From the NCBI GenBank assembly GCA_965205025.1, contig CBDBFU010000012.1, positions 128,001-192,000 on the forward strand: 64,000 nt of DNA, given 5' to 3'. Below the pieces are notes generated by a model. That model was not told the origin of the DNA. It did not search any database and was given only the letters and a program-made list of their open reading frames with translations. Position numbers and translations under genes: made by a program. This stretch comes from Candidatus Poribacteria bacterium (GTDB lineage: Bacteria; Poribacteria; WGA-4E; WGA-3G). How positions within the stretch are numbered: the stretch's first letter is position 1; each line of letters starts with the position of its first letter. Below, one piece after another: positions 29,356 to 39,985 of this stretch.

Positions 29356-30604
29356 TACTGCAACAGTATATACTGGTGCATGGTATGGAGATAACGAACT
29401 CCCACTCAACTTCCCTGATGGTTGGGAGGTCGAGATGCTTCATCAAAATGATGCTCCAGCACTTTCTGACGCTGAAATTGAAAAAGCATTTGCCGAACCA
29501 ATTGGAACAAAACGTATATCTGAAATAGCAAAAAATAAAAAAAGTGCTGCTATCATCGTAGATGACCTTAGTCGACCAACCCCTGCATATAAGGTTATAC
29601 CATTCTTACTTAAGGAGCTTTTTGCTGCAGGTGTACCAAAATCTGAGATTCGGTTCGTAGTCGGGGTAGGTGGACATCGTCCTATCTCAGAAGAAGAAAT
29701 GATTAAAAAAGTTGGGGCAGACATCTTCTCTGAATACGAAGTTACAAATCATGATTTTCTCAGTGGAGATCTTAGAGCGATAGGGAAACTTGATAACGGA
29801 ACGCCTGTATATATCAATCGAACAGTAGCAGATTCAGATTTCAAAATTTGCTTGGGCGGAATATATCCTCACAGTTCTGTCGGATTTAGCGGTGGAGCGA
29901 AACTAATTGTTCCCGGTACTGCTGGTTTTTCAACAATGTACTATTTCCATAAATTCCCACCGGGCAGGGGACCAGCAAATATTGAAGGAGACAGTGACGA
30001 ACCTGATCGAAGAGATACCATTGAAATGGCAGCTGGACTCCTGGGACTTAATGCAATAGCCAATGTCGTGCTAAATAGTCGCCGTGAAATCGCTGGTCTT
30101 TTTGTTGGTGATTTTGTAAAAGCACATCGTAAAGGTGCACATTTTGCTTTGAATACCTATACAACTGAAATTTCAGAAACGACTCGGACGCAAAGCGATC
30201 TTGTAGTAATAAATTGCTATCCTTTAGATGCAGATGGAATACAACTCGATAAAGCTTTAGCAGCATTTTCCTATTTTGAAAATGCATATACAATTGCACT
30301 ATATCCTGCTTCTGATGGATCATGTTTTCACGGATTATTTGATAGACTTGATTATCCGCGGTATCTCCAGCAGAAATTAGAACACATACCCTCTGCCCCT
30401 TCACCACCACCAAAACTTGGCACAAGAAATCAACTACATGTTTGGTCTGAAAGTTTTGATAGAGATGATTTCTACAAGGAATATCCATCCTCACTTCTTT
30501 TCCGAGACATAGATCAACTCATAGACCTATTCGCTGAAGAACTACCAGCGCAAGCAAAAGTATCAATATTACCAGTGGCAGGAATTCAGGTATTATCACC
30601 CTAA
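29342..30604 (+). CDS. LarA-family nickel-pincer racemase/epimerase
   Basis: IIVDDLSRPTP, G.HRP, PH..VGFSGGAKLIVPG. Confidence 0.8.
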   Translation: MMMNNTATVYTGAWYGDNELPLNFPDGWEVEMLHQNDAPALSDAEIEKAFAEPIGTKRISEIAKNKKSAAIIVDDLSRPTPAYKVIPFLLKELFAAGVPKSEIRFVVGVGGHRPISEEEMIKKVGADIFSEYEVTNHDFLSGDLRAIGKLDNGTPVYINRTVADSDFKICLGGIYPHSSVGFSGGAKLIVPGTAGFSTMYYFHKFPPGRGPANIEGDSDEPDRRDTIEMAAGLLGLNAIANVVLNSRREIAGLFVGDFVKAHRKGAHFALNTYTTEISETTRTQSDLVVINCYPLDADGIQLDKALAAFSYFENAYTIALYPASDGSCFHGLFDRLDYPRYLQQKLEHIPSAPSPPPKLGTRNQLHVWSESFDRDDFYKEYPSSLLFRDIDQLIDLFAEELPAQAKVSILPVAGIQVLSP

Positions 30605-30822
30605 TCCCGCCCTTGGTAGGTTCGGTTTCATGAGGATTAAGTTTTAAATTCGGCAATTCTCATTATTCCAAACCCTGTAGGTTCGGTTTCCTAACCGAAC
30701 CATAGGTGTCAATTTAATCATTAGGCTCTTCTGTAGGCGGGGAATGCCCGGGGAATGCCTAAATGGCATTCATACCGTTGATTTATGGCATTCATACCCG
30801 ACGAATGCCCGGGGAATGACTA

Positions 30823-32063
30823 ATGAAGATTAATTTTTTAATTCGGTAATAATCCGATCTGGCGTAGCAGCATCTGTGATCCTCCTATGAACTGCGACAT
30901 AAAACTAATCACCTTGTCTTTCACGATTTCCCAATCATCGCAATGACGATGGTTATGTAAAACCGATTGACGCACCCATCGCCATAACTTTTCAATCGGG
31001 TTCGTCCACGGCGCATAAGTCGGTAGTTGTATTATCTCAATCGGAAGTTTTTGTAGTGTTCCGATTTTCTCTGAGGGTTTACCTGTCCAATTCGGTGGCT
31101 TCGGTTTCACAAACGATGCTGTTTGCGGGAGAAGTGCTTCCAATAAGTTAGCTTGAAAGTGGGTTGACCAATTGTCTTGTATCAAATATATCCGTTGCTT
31201 GTTTGCGTAGCGTTGGCAAATCTCGGTGTAAAAAGAATGAAGTGCTTCAGCAGTGCAGCGTGAAACTTGCTGGTAAACAACATCTCCAGTATGTGGGTTC
31301 AGAGCCCCGATCCCATAGCACGTTTGGTTGTGTCTGTAGCTCTGACGGGCTAAAGGTGTTTTCGTGCCTGTTTGTGCCCAGTCTTTTGCTATGGTAGGGT
31401 TGCGATAAAACGAGAACTCATCTTGGTAAAGCGCAACACAGGTCTGTGGATGTTGACGGGTCTCTTCCAAAACTTGCTGGACCCTGTCTATTTTTTGGGC
31501 ATAGTCTGTATCCGGACTATGTATGTATAAGCGAGCGCGTTTATAGCTGAGACCGAGTCGACTAAGGATTTTGTGAATACCCGGCACAGACACATCACTG
31601 AGCCAAGGGACGATGTTTCCAAGGGATCGGAGTGTCCATCGTGTTTGATGCGGATTATGTTGTTCAGGTCCCTGTGCGATAGTATTATAGACCTCCGCCT
31701 CTGCTTCTTCGGGGGATTTAGGGGAATAAGCAGGTTTGCGACCACGACCGGGTGTATAGAATAAACCTTGAATACCGTTTTCATTGTATCGGTGAAGCCA
31801 CGAATAGACCGTATCAGGATCGCGTTCTTTCAAGAGCATTTTTCGGGCGACTTTGTGAGGGGAAAACCCCTCGCTTATTTTCAAAAGGGCAGCAGCGCGT
31901 TCTCGTAGATAAGCCGGTTCGCCTTTATCACGGAGTTCAACGAGTTTTTGTCGTTCAGTTTCACTGAGTTCAAGTTTATGATGTTTTGCCATGAATAAAT
32001 ACCTCCTTGAACAAGAGGATAGCACAAAAATAAAATTTACCGAATTAAAAAATTAATCTTCAT
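30823..32063 (-). mobile_element. IS630-family insertion sequence
   Basis: Perfect 27-bp IR ATGAAGATTAATTTTTTAATTCGGTAA at 30823-30849 and 32037-32063. Confidence 0.9.
30838..31992 (-). CDS. IS630-family transposase
   Basis: HTH; YQDE, IQDNWSTH, LPTYAPWTNPIEKLW; AGGAGGT RBS before MAKHH. Confidence 0.92.
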   Translation of the reverse strand: MAKHHKLELSETERQKLVELRDKGEPAYLRERAAALLKISEGFSPHKVARKMLLKERDPDTVYSWLHRYNENGIQGLFYTPGRGRKPAYSPKSPEEAEAEVYNTIAQGPEQHNPHQTRWTLRSLGNIVPWLSDVSVPGIHKILSRLGLSYKRARLYIHSPDTDYAQKIDRVQQVLEETRQHPQTCVALYQDEFSFYRNPTIAKDWAQTGTKTPLARQSYRHNQTCYGIGALNPHTGDVVYQQVSRCTAEALHSFYTEICQRYANKQRIYLIQDNWSTHFQANLLEALLPQTASFVKPKPPNWTGKPSEKIGTLQKLPIEIIQLPTYAPWTNPIEKLWRWVRQSVLHNHRHCDDWEIVKDKVISFMSQFIGGSQMLLRQIGLLPN

Positions 32064-32383
32064 ATGTCATTCATACCGTTGATTCCTTGATTCGAGGGGT
32101 GAAAGGTGTATCATTGGATAACATTGATATGACCAGTTCTGCTAATCAAGACCAACTTGAGAACTTTATAAACTGTCCAAACTATTATTATAATAGAATA
32201 TAGAATCAAATAAGAATTTATAATCAATTTTATGCTTATTGTATGTTAAATCTGCATAAATATTCCATGTAACCTACATTCCGCAGTTGTTTAATAGGTA
32301 TAGAAGTAAAAAATGTCTATTTTCCAGATTCATAACTGCGGAGTGTAGGATTAAATGTTTTGTTTATGATATATAATATAGAT

Positions 32384-32680
32384 ATGAACATTGAAAGAAA
32401 ACGAGTAAGCGTATCACTCCCGCCCTCTACACACAACAAAGTCGTAAGCCTCGCAGAGCACCTCGAATGTCTTTCGGAAAAAGAAATACCAAAGCCAACA
32501 GAAGCTGTCGCAAAGTCGATACGCTTTATACTCGGATTTTTTGATAATGATGAATTCAAAAAATGCTTGGAAATAGAAAGTGGGATTGATACACTCACAT
32601 ACATGCGGAAATGCGTCAATAATGGAATGAAAGAAAGTTTATCGGAATATGAACAGCAGAACAAAGGTAGGAAGAAATAA
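32384..32680 (+). CDS. Small hypothetical protein, possible ribbon-helix-helix DNA-binding N-terminus
   Basis: RKRVSVSLPPSTHNKVVSLAEHL pattern. Confidence 0.45.
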   Translation: MNIERKRVSVSLPPSTHNKVVSLAEHLECLSEKEIPKPTEAVAKSIRFILGFFDNDEFKKCLEIESGIDTLTYMRKCVNNGMKESLSEYEQQNKGRKK

Positions 32681-32734
32681 AAAAGGCAGATACCCAAAAT
32701 AGGACACCTGCCTTTAGTTCTGTTCGTAACACGG

Positions 32735-33712
32735 CTACTCACTGTTTTGTTGCTTCAGCTGTCCCCACATTATTTTTTTCTTGCCTTGTGGTGTTACAGA
32801 AAGCACATCATCACTTATCCAATCCGGTCCGTAATCATCTACAGCAGGCGTGTTTGTCAGGTTAACCATTTCACCTGTAAAAAGATGATACCGGTAAATG
32901 TCATGCGTATCAGCGTTCGGCGGCTTGGCTGAAATCAACAGATATTTTCTGCCCATAAAACACGCACTGTGGAGTATCCAGGTGTCAGGGGTATCTACGA
33001 CTTGCCGTTTGTTTACTTTTATATCATGAATGACAACTTTTGTTGAATGACCATTCCATTCTCTATACAGAACAGACTGACTATCAGCAGACCAACGCGG
33101 AGACCTATGAGTACTTCTCCCGTTACCCTTGACAAGTACATGCTGTCCGCTACCATCGGCACGCATCAGATGGATTGTGGTACGCCCGGTAATGCTGTCT
33201 TGATACGCAATATATTTACCATCAGGGGACCAAGCCACTGATGTTGTCAATGAAACGGTGCGTGTCAGTCGCTGTAACGCTTTTGTTTCGATATTTATCC
33301 GCCAGGCATCTTTTTGAGCAGTTCCCGGTTTGGCAAGCCGGTCGCTTGTGAATACGAGGTGTTTACCATCCGGCGACCACGACGCTATCCATTCGTCATC
33401 ATCTCCCTCGGTAGCCCGAAATTCACCTGTGCCATCGCTATTGATGATAAATACGGCAGCAGAAGGCAATTGCAATGGTGCATTAGGTATAACCGGTCGT
33501 TTTCGCAAAAAAGCGATCTGCTTCCCGTCCGGAGACCAAACAGGCCACAAGACACTCCTCCGGTCTACCCTTTTGACTAATATCTTGGCATTACACCCAT
33601 CATCGTCCATCACATAAATACCTAAGCCATAGGAATCGAAAACGATCTTTGCGTGCGTGAGTGTGGGCAACAAAAATAACAAGAAACATAAGGTGAGACG
33701 TAGCAATCGCAT
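32735..33712 (-). CDS. Secreted TolB-like (PD40) beta-propeller protein with C-terminal GKKKIMWG motif
   Basis: Signal peptide, repeated WSPDGK; GGAGG RBS. Confidence 0.85.
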   Translation of the reverse strand: MRLLRLTLCFLLFLLPTLTHAKIVFDSYGLGIYVMDDDGCNAKILVKRVDRRSVLWPVWSPDGKQIAFLRKRPVIPNAPLQLPSAAVFIINSDGTGEFRATEGDDDEWIASWSPDGKHLVFTSDRLAKPGTAQKDAWRINIETKALQRLTRTVSLTTSVAWSPDGKYIAYQDSITGRTTIHLMRADGSGQHVLVKGNGRSTHRSPRWSADSQSVLYREWNGHSTKVVIHDIKVNKRQVVDTPDTWILHSACFMGRKYLLISAKPPNADTHDIYRYHLFTGEMVNLTNTPAVDDYGPDWISDDVLSVTPQGKKKIMWGQLKQQNSE

Positions 33713-34222
33713 GAGTTCCCTCCATTTTTACGGTGTGTCGATAGGCACGGTTGTTACCCCGTGCCTATCGTTATTCTATATAATACCATTTCTATTTAAA
33801 CAGTTCACATTACGAGTACTCTTAGAAGTCCCCCTGATAAGGGGGATTTAGGGGGTTTCTTCAATCAGTAATGAGCAATCATCATTTAAAAATGGTAAGC
33901 AATATTAAATAATAATCTTGTGATTTTCGTAGGTGTTCAACCCGTAGGGGCGGGGTTTCCCCGCCCGTCATTGACGCACAATATGCATATTTAATATTGA
34001 AAATTGCTTAGTTTTTAGTTATTAATTTATAGTTTTTAGTTTGTGTTCTAACCCTAATTTTATTCTTATTTTGATAAATATTATTAAGATGTATTTGTGT
34101 TTTTGTGATATATGTATGTTAGTTGCTATAGATGGATGTTTTCTTCATTTTTTATATTTGATTGGTTTCATTTACTTCTTGTTAATGCCATATACTTTAC
34201 ACCCCCTAACAATACTAAATAC

Positions 34223-34251
34223 TTGACTTTATACTCTGTAGATGCTATAAT
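34223..34251 (+). promoter_or_regulatory. Sigma70-type promoter of groEL
   Basis: TTGACT, 17 bp spacer, TATAAT with extended -10 TG. Confidence 0.7.
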
Positions 34252-34311
34252 ACAACAACCTAAATCATACATTACTTAGTACTATTTTAATATATTTGAA
34301 GGAGGTTATTT

Positions 34312-35949
34312 ATGACCGCAAAACAAATAATCTTTGATGAAGCGGCGAGGGTTGCGTTAAAACGCGGAGCAGATATTCTGGCAAATGCTGTCAAAGTAAC
34401 CCTCGGACCACGTGGAAGAAACGTGGTAATACAGAAATCTTTCGGTGCCCCAGTGGTAACCAGTGATGGAGTTTCAGTTGCTAAGGAAATTGAACTTCCA
34501 GATCCCTATGAGAATATGGGAGCACAATTACTTGAATCTATCGCAACTAAAACAAATGATGTTGCCGGAGATGGAACAACAACTGCAACAGTCTTAGGTC
34601 AAGAAATTCTTCATGAAGGTCTTAAGAATGTAACAGCAGGGGCAGACCCAATGCAGTTAAAAATCGGCATTGATAAAGCAGTAAATGCAGCATTGTCTGT
34701 AATTTCGTCACAAAGCCGAGAAGTAAATACGCATGAGGAAATATTACAGGTAGCCTCAATTGCTGCAAACGATCCAGCTAATGATAGTAATATCGGCACA
34801 ATTATCGCTGAGGCAATTGAGAAAGTTGGAAACGATGGTGCAATTACTATTGAGGAAGGTAAAACATCAGAGATTGCAGTTGATATTGTTGAAGGAATGC
34901 AATTCGACCGGGGTTTCTTGTCCCCAAACTTTGTGACTGATCAAAAAGATCAAGTTGTTGAATTCGAGAATCCCTATATTCTTATTAATACAGAAAAAAT
35001 CTCTACAGTAGCAGACCTTGTACCAATTATGGAAAAGGTAATGCAGCTTAATCGACCTTTATTGATTATAGCTGAAGATGTTGAGAGTGAAGCATTATCC
35101 ACTTTGGTTGTTAATGCACTTCGTGGTAATCTACAAGTCGCTGCTGTAAAAGCTCCTGGATTCGGAGACCGACGTAAGGAGATGTTAGAGGATATAGCCG
35201 TATTAACCGGTGGACAAGTCATATCGGAAGACACGGGTATACGTTTAGAAAATATCGTTGTAGGAATGTTAGGAACAGCAAGTAGAATTAGAATTGATAA
35301 AGATAATACAACGATTGTTGGTGGTTTCGGAGTAAAAGAGAACATTGAAGGTCGAGTTACACAGATCCGTCGACAAATTGAAGACACAACTTCTGATTAT
35401 GACCGTGAAAAACTTGAAGAACGACTTGCAAAATTAGCTGGTGGTGTAGCGGTAGTCAATGTCGGTGCTGCTACAGAAATAGAAATGAAGGAAAAAAAAG
35501 CACGATGTGAAGATGCACTATCAGCAACACGTGCCGCTATTGAAGAAGGAATTGTTGCGGGTGGTGGAATTGCTTTACTACGGTCAATTTCTGGAATAGA
35601 CGATCTGGAATTACAAGGCGACCAGGATACTGGACTTAGTATCGTTAGAGAAGCACTACGTTCGCCAGTCCGAGCAATTGCTGAAAATGCTGGATTAGAA
35701 GGTTCGGTTATCCTTTCAAACGTAGAAAGTGGTGAAGGTAATTATGGATTCAATGCAGCATCAGAGGAATATGGAGATCTGATGGAAGATGGTGTAATTG
35801 ATCCAACCAAAGTCGTCCGATCTGCGCTCCAAAATGCTTCAAGTATTGCAGGGTTATTATTGACAACGGAAACTCTAATCACAGAAATTGAGGAACCACC
35901 TGAACTCCCAGAAATGGATCCTCATGCCGGCCATGGCCATATGGACTAA
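34312..35949 (+). CDS. groEL: Chaperonin GroEL (His-rich tail, no adjacent groES)
   Basis: [43 protein letters not shown]. Confidence 0.96.
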   Translation: MTAKQIIFDEAARVALKRGADILANAVKVTLGPRGRNVVIQKSFGAPVVTSDGVSVAKEIELPDPYENMGAQLLESIATKTNDVAGDGTTTATVLGQEILHEGLKNVTAGADPMQLKIGIDKAVNAALSVISSQSREVNTHEEILQVASIAANDPANDSNIGTIIAEAIEKVGNDGAITIEEGKTSEIAVDIVEGMQFDRGFLSPNFVTDQKDQVVEFENPYILINTEKISTVADLVPIMEKVMQLNRPLLIIAEDVESEALSTLVVNALRGNLQVAAVKAPGFGDRRKEMLEDIAVLTGGQVISEDTGIRLENIVVGMLGTASRIRIDKDNTTIVGGFGVKENIEGRVTQIRRQIEDTTSDYDREKLEERLAKLAGGVAVVNVGAATEIEMKEKKARCEDALSATRAAIEEGIVAGGGIALLRSISGIDDLELQGDQDTGLSIVREALRSPVRAIAENAGLEGSVILSNVESGEGNYGFNAASEEYGDLMEDGVIDPTKVVRSALQNASSIAGLLLTTETLITEIEEPPELPEMDPHAGHGHMD

Positions 35950-35963
35950 CTAATATACTCCTG

Positions 35964-35998
35964 TATGTAAGCACCTGATAATGTAAGGTGCTTACATA
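35964..35998 (+). terminator. Hairpin after groEL
   Basis: TATGTAAGCACCT-9nt-AGGTGCTTACATA. Confidence 0.65.
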
Positions 35999-36041
35999 TC
36001 ACAATGGAAAGTTATAAGGCAGGGAAATATACCCGAATTGT

Positions 36042-36224
36042 TTGAAGTTAATGCAGAAGTTTCAACACATAATCAATGACGAATTCGTAGTACTCACCGA
36101 CAAACTACCACGCGATAATCAAACAACTCTCACCAAACAATTTCAATTTTTACGAACCAATCCACTTCATCCATCGCTCAGATTCAAAAAAGTGTCAGGA
36201 CGATGGTCCCTCTGTGTCAATTAA
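36042..36224 (+). pseudogene. Truncated RelE/ParE-like toxin remnant
   Basis: LRTNPLHPSLRFKKVSGRWS matches the NP.HPSL.FKK...WS.R pattern, then stops. Confidence 0.5.
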
Positions 36225-36235
36225 AGCGTTCCTAT

Positions 36236-37597
36236 TCACTTATTAAGAATACGCAGTGTTTTCTCGGCGCGAGTTTTGGTAGTTACATCGCCTGCCTTTA
36301 TCGCAAGTTGTATAGCAGTGCGGAGATCTTGCTTTGCTTCCAGTTTCCGCCCTTGTAAAAGAGCCTTCGAAAGTCCCCGATTGAGGTATGCACTGGCATC
36401 ATCAGGATTTAGTCGGATAGCAATGTCAAGATCCGAAATCGCAGCAAAGTATTGTTCCAAATAAGTCTTCACAATTCCCCGATTGATATATGCCTTGGTA
36501 TCATTAGGTTTTAGTCGTATGGCGGTGTCGTAATCAGTGATAGCAGCAGAGTATTGTTTGAAGTAAACCTTCATATTTCCCCGATTGTAGTATGCCTTGG
36601 CATAATCAGGTTCAAGTTGGATAGCAATGTCAAAATCCGAAATCGCAGCAAAGTATTGTTCCAAGTAAACCTTCACATTTCCCCGATTGTAGTATGCCTT
36701 GGCATCATTAGGTTTTAGTCGTATGGCGGTGTCGTAATCAGTGATAGCAGCGAAGTATTGTTCTAACTTTGCCTTCGCAAGTCCCCTATTGTAGTATGTA
36801 CTGGCATAATCAGGTTCAAGTCGTATAGCCATTGTATAGTTTGCGATGGCACCCGCATAATCGCCTAAATCGTACTTTGCATTGCCCCATTGAAAGTAAG
36901 TATCAGCAGATATAGATTGTTCTCTTGGCAATAAGGGTTTTGCTATCTTTGGCTGTTCAAGCAGTTTATTAAGATATTTTGATGGAATAGCGAAATTGAG
37001 ATTCTGTGCATCCAAAGCACGATGAACCGCAACGGAAACTCCAATAACTTCACCCTTTTTGTTTAGCACAGGACCGCCACTGCTTCCTGGTGAAATCGGG
37101 GCAGTCATCTGCAGGCGTTCTTTTGTGTATTTATCGCGACGACTACTAATAATACCATCCGAGAACGTGCCTTCTAAACCTTTCGGGTTGCCGGCAACAT
37201 AAACCGTCGCACCAATTTTTACTATGTCACTGTTGCCGAGAGAAAGTGGCTTGATACCGTAAGAAGTGACCTTTAGAAGTGCGAGGTCATTTGTTTTGTC
37301 CGTTGCTGTAACACCTTCAATTTTGTATGTGGTGTATTTGCCAACTAACTTTGCTGTGCCTTTTGCAGCACCTTCAATGACGTGGTAGTTGGTAGCAATT
37401 AGATTCGGTTTTACAAAGAACCCGCTGCCGATGCCCAAGGTTTTGCCATTGTTATCCTTCATTTCCAAGTATACTGTTGCTGCTAATGCTTTTTCAGCAA
37501 TATCTTCAGCTGGTAGCGTTGTTTGGGTAGGGGCAGTGCTTATTGTGAAAAAGAGGAGTAAAGCTATAATAGCGGATAATTTATGTCTATATTTCAT
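36236..37597 (-). CDS. Secreted trypsin-like (S1C) serine protease with TPR repeats
   Basis: TNYHV, DLALL, SPGSSGGP catalytic triad; about six TPRs; signal peptide from MKYRHK. Confidence 0.9.
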   Translation of the reverse strand: MKYRHKLSAIIALLLFFTISTAPTQTTLPAEDIAEKALAATVYLEMKDNNGKTLGIGSGFFVKPNLIATNYHVIEGAAKGTAKLVGKYTTYKIEGVTATDKTNDLALLKVTSYGIKPLSLGNSDIVKIGATVYVAGNPKGLEGTFSDGIISSRRDKYTKERLQMTAPISPGSSGGPVLNKKGEVIGVSVAVHRALDAQNLNFAIPSKYLNKLLEQPKIAKPLLPREQSISADTYFQWGNAKYDLGDYAGAIANYTMAIRLEPDYASTYYNRGLAKAKLEQYFAAITDYDTAIRLKPNDAKAYYNRGNVKVYLEQYFAAISDFDIAIQLEPDYAKAYYNRGNMKVYFKQYSAAITDYDTAIRLKPNDTKAYINRGIVKTYLEQYFAAISDLDIAIRLNPDDASAYLNRGLSKALLQGRKLEAKQDLRTAIQLAIKAGDVTTKTRAEKTLRILNK

Positions 37598-37731
37598 AAG
37601 GTGTTCCTTGTGAGTGACACCTGATTTAAGAAGTTTGTCAAATCGGATTAGTAAGGATCTTTGCAAGGATGCACAGATCGGATTCTGTAGATAATGTTTA
37701 GAGTGAGACCTAAAAGTATGTACATACTCTC

Positions 37732-37900
37732 TGGTAGATGTGGTTTCCTAACCCCATCTATGGGACTTTGCAAAACAACGGTTCGGTTAGGAAACCGAAC
37801 CTACCATTCGGTGAATCAAGGAATCAACGGTATGAACGCCTTTTGGTGTTCCCCAGATATGAATGCCGATTAGGCATTCCCAAGGAAACCGAACCTACCA
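37732..37900. repeat. Cluster of REP-like hairpins and the AATCAAGGAATCAACGGTATGAA repeat
   Basis: GGTTCGGTTAGGAAACCGAACCTACC at 37780, partial copy at 37883; second family also at ~30750, ~32066, ~63620. Confidence 0.7.
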
Positions 37901-37953
37901 TAGTGTGTAAATAATAAAGACTTTTACTATAAATCCCATAATACTTATCTATC

Positions 37954-38418
37954 CTACCAACCACTATCCCAATCACAGTCTAAACAAAATATCTCAGATG
38001 GACCTAAACACTGAATTCTGTTACTACTACAGGATGGACATTCAGTTATATCATTCTTACCAGCATTTTCAGATTCACGAATGATATTGAGATGGTAGAC
38101 CTTCATCATACCTGAATAACGATGCCCTAAAGGACATCTTATAATGTTAGAACCCTCTTGTTCAAATCGTTCTATCATCTCTCTGAGAAATTTAAGCTGA
38201 TGGTGACAAATCGGACAGGGGTTAGGAACTAATTCTTTTACAACAACAATATCTGTGTCTTCAGAACGAACGGATAATGGCGGGAAGGCAAGTTGATTTT
38301 CAGCTTTGGAGCTATCCGGACTATTACCTTTAGGGGATTTTAGTATTTCGGCAACAACTTTTTCATAACTCTCGGGACTCAGAATTACCGATGTTGGAAC
38401 CATCGTTCCACCTTTCAA
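37954..38418 (-). CDS. Hypothetical zinc-ribbon protein
   Basis: CPICH...CPLGH and CPSC...CLDC; start uncertain. Confidence 0.55.
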   Translation of the reverse strand: MKGGTMVPTSVILSPESYEKVVAEILKSPKGNSPDSSKAENQLAFPPLSVRSEDTDIVVVKELVPNPCPICHHQLKFLREMIERFEQEGSNIIRCPLGHRYSGMMKVYHLNIIRESENAGKNDITECPSCSSNRIQCLGPSEIFCLDCDWDSGW

Positions 38419-38699
38419 ACTGGAAATAAGCTTATAAATGCGATTTAAAATGATTCACTCCTCCTATATTGCAGTGTATCTGTTCCAAATCGGTATTATA
38501 CCTAAGTATGGTTAAAATCTAAGTTGGCTATAACATTTGGATTGTGATAAAAATCAATGTTATCAGTTACTTACTTAAGTTAAACTGATAACTTACTTGC
38601 GTCATAGTAATAGAATGAATAATAAAAGGATAGAATCCAAGGACGTTGGATTCCCAGTCTACTCAACAAACTGTCCTATCTAAAACCACTAACAAAGTA

Positions 38700-39086
38700 C
38701 TATTGGCTCTGTATTTCTACCGGTTTTATAGCAGTTTCACTGGCTAATAATTCTTCACGAGAACGCGATAACGCGGATGGACTCCGTTGTTGTCGGTATG
38801 TATCCTCAGATTGGTGTTTATATAGCATGATGTCATCACCATCACGTTCTATATAATCTCCTGCCATAACAGTAGTCTCAGTTTTTCTCATACTTGTAAT
38901 GAAGTTTATTGATACTTTACCTGATTCAAGTAAATGTATCTGCCATCCATTCTCGGTTTTAACATGGTTAAAACTATGAGTAATATCTATTGACTGTACT
39001 TGTTGTACATTAAAGACAATACCACTCTTAGGGTTGTTATCACTGTTTTCTACTTGATTTTCATTCACTTCGTTTTCGTTAGCCAT
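38700..39086 (-). CDS. Hypothetical protein
   Basis: 128-aa ORF with AGGAGG RBS. Confidence 0.65.
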   Translation of the reverse strand: MANENEVNENQVENSDNNPKSGIVFNVQQVQSIDITHSFNHVKTENGWQIHLLESGKVSINFITSMRKTETTVMAGDYIERDGDDIMLYKHQSEDTYRQQRSPSALSRSREELLASETAIKPVEIQSQ

Positions 39087-39246
39087 TTCTTTCCTCCTAC
39101 CTATAATCGTATACCCAATTTTACCTAAACAAATAGATATTTGTCAAATCAATTTCTGTTTACACTATGTATCAATCTGCTTGTATTGTTCGGGTAATAT
39201 ATGCTATACTGTATACATCCTTGGAATAAAGAGAGGGAAAATATAG

Positions 39247-39927
39247 ATGACTTTTGCCTTTCAAAATATATTAGATTTATCATATATCGTAGATGAAAAC
39301 AGCCCAAGAGAACTACCTATTGACCCTGTCCATATCTATGATCAAGCAACATTAGAAAAAGACGGTTACTTTGAAAGCCGTGTTGATATGTCAGGACATT
39401 GTTCTACACATATTGACACACCTTGTTTAATGTATCCAGATGGTTTTACCGTCGCAGAAATTCCTGAAGAAAAACTATATGGATCTGCAATATTAATGGA
39501 TTTTTCAACAGTAAAAAAACCAAAGGATTCTGTAACCGCAGCGGATATTCAAGATTGGATAGCTGAAAACGGTGATATTCCTAAGGATAGTATCCTCTTT
39601 ATGCGGACAGGTATGGATAGATACGTTTATCAATATAACTTCAACCGAGAATGGATTGGTTTCAGTGAGGATGCAGCAGAATTACTCGTAGAGAAAGGTA
39701 TTAAGGTCATCGGTACAGATGCATGTAGTATTGATGCTGTTGCTGGTCATCCACCACTCCATGATGGTCTACCGCCGGCTCATCTCGTCTTTCTTGGGGC
39801 AGGAATTCCACATGTTGAAGACCTTTGCAACTTAAGCCAATTGCCCACTCATTTTCAGGTAGTGATTGCACCACTTAAACTTGCTCGTAGTTCGGGCGCG
39901 CCAACCAGAGTTTTTGCATTTCTATAA
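39247..39927 (+). CDS. Cyclase-family metal-dependent hydrolase (kynurenine formamidase-like)
   Basis: H.STHIDTP, IGTD, HVEDLCNL, PLKL...SGAPTRV. Confidence 0.88.
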   Translation: MTFAFQNILDLSYIVDENSPRELPIDPVHIYDQATLEKDGYFESRVDMSGHCSTHIDTPCLMYPDGFTVAEIPEEKLYGSAILMDFSTVKKPKDSVTAADIQDWIAENGDIPKDSILFMRTGMDRYVYQYNFNREWIGFSEDAAELLVEKGIKVIGTDACSIDAVAGHPPLHDGLPPAHLVFLGAGIPHVEDLCNLSQLPTHFQVVIAPLKLARSSGAPTRVFAFL

Positions 39928-39985
39928 TCTAATATAAAGCATATATTCCATGTGATAGCATCACTGCAACACCTATTCAGGTAAA

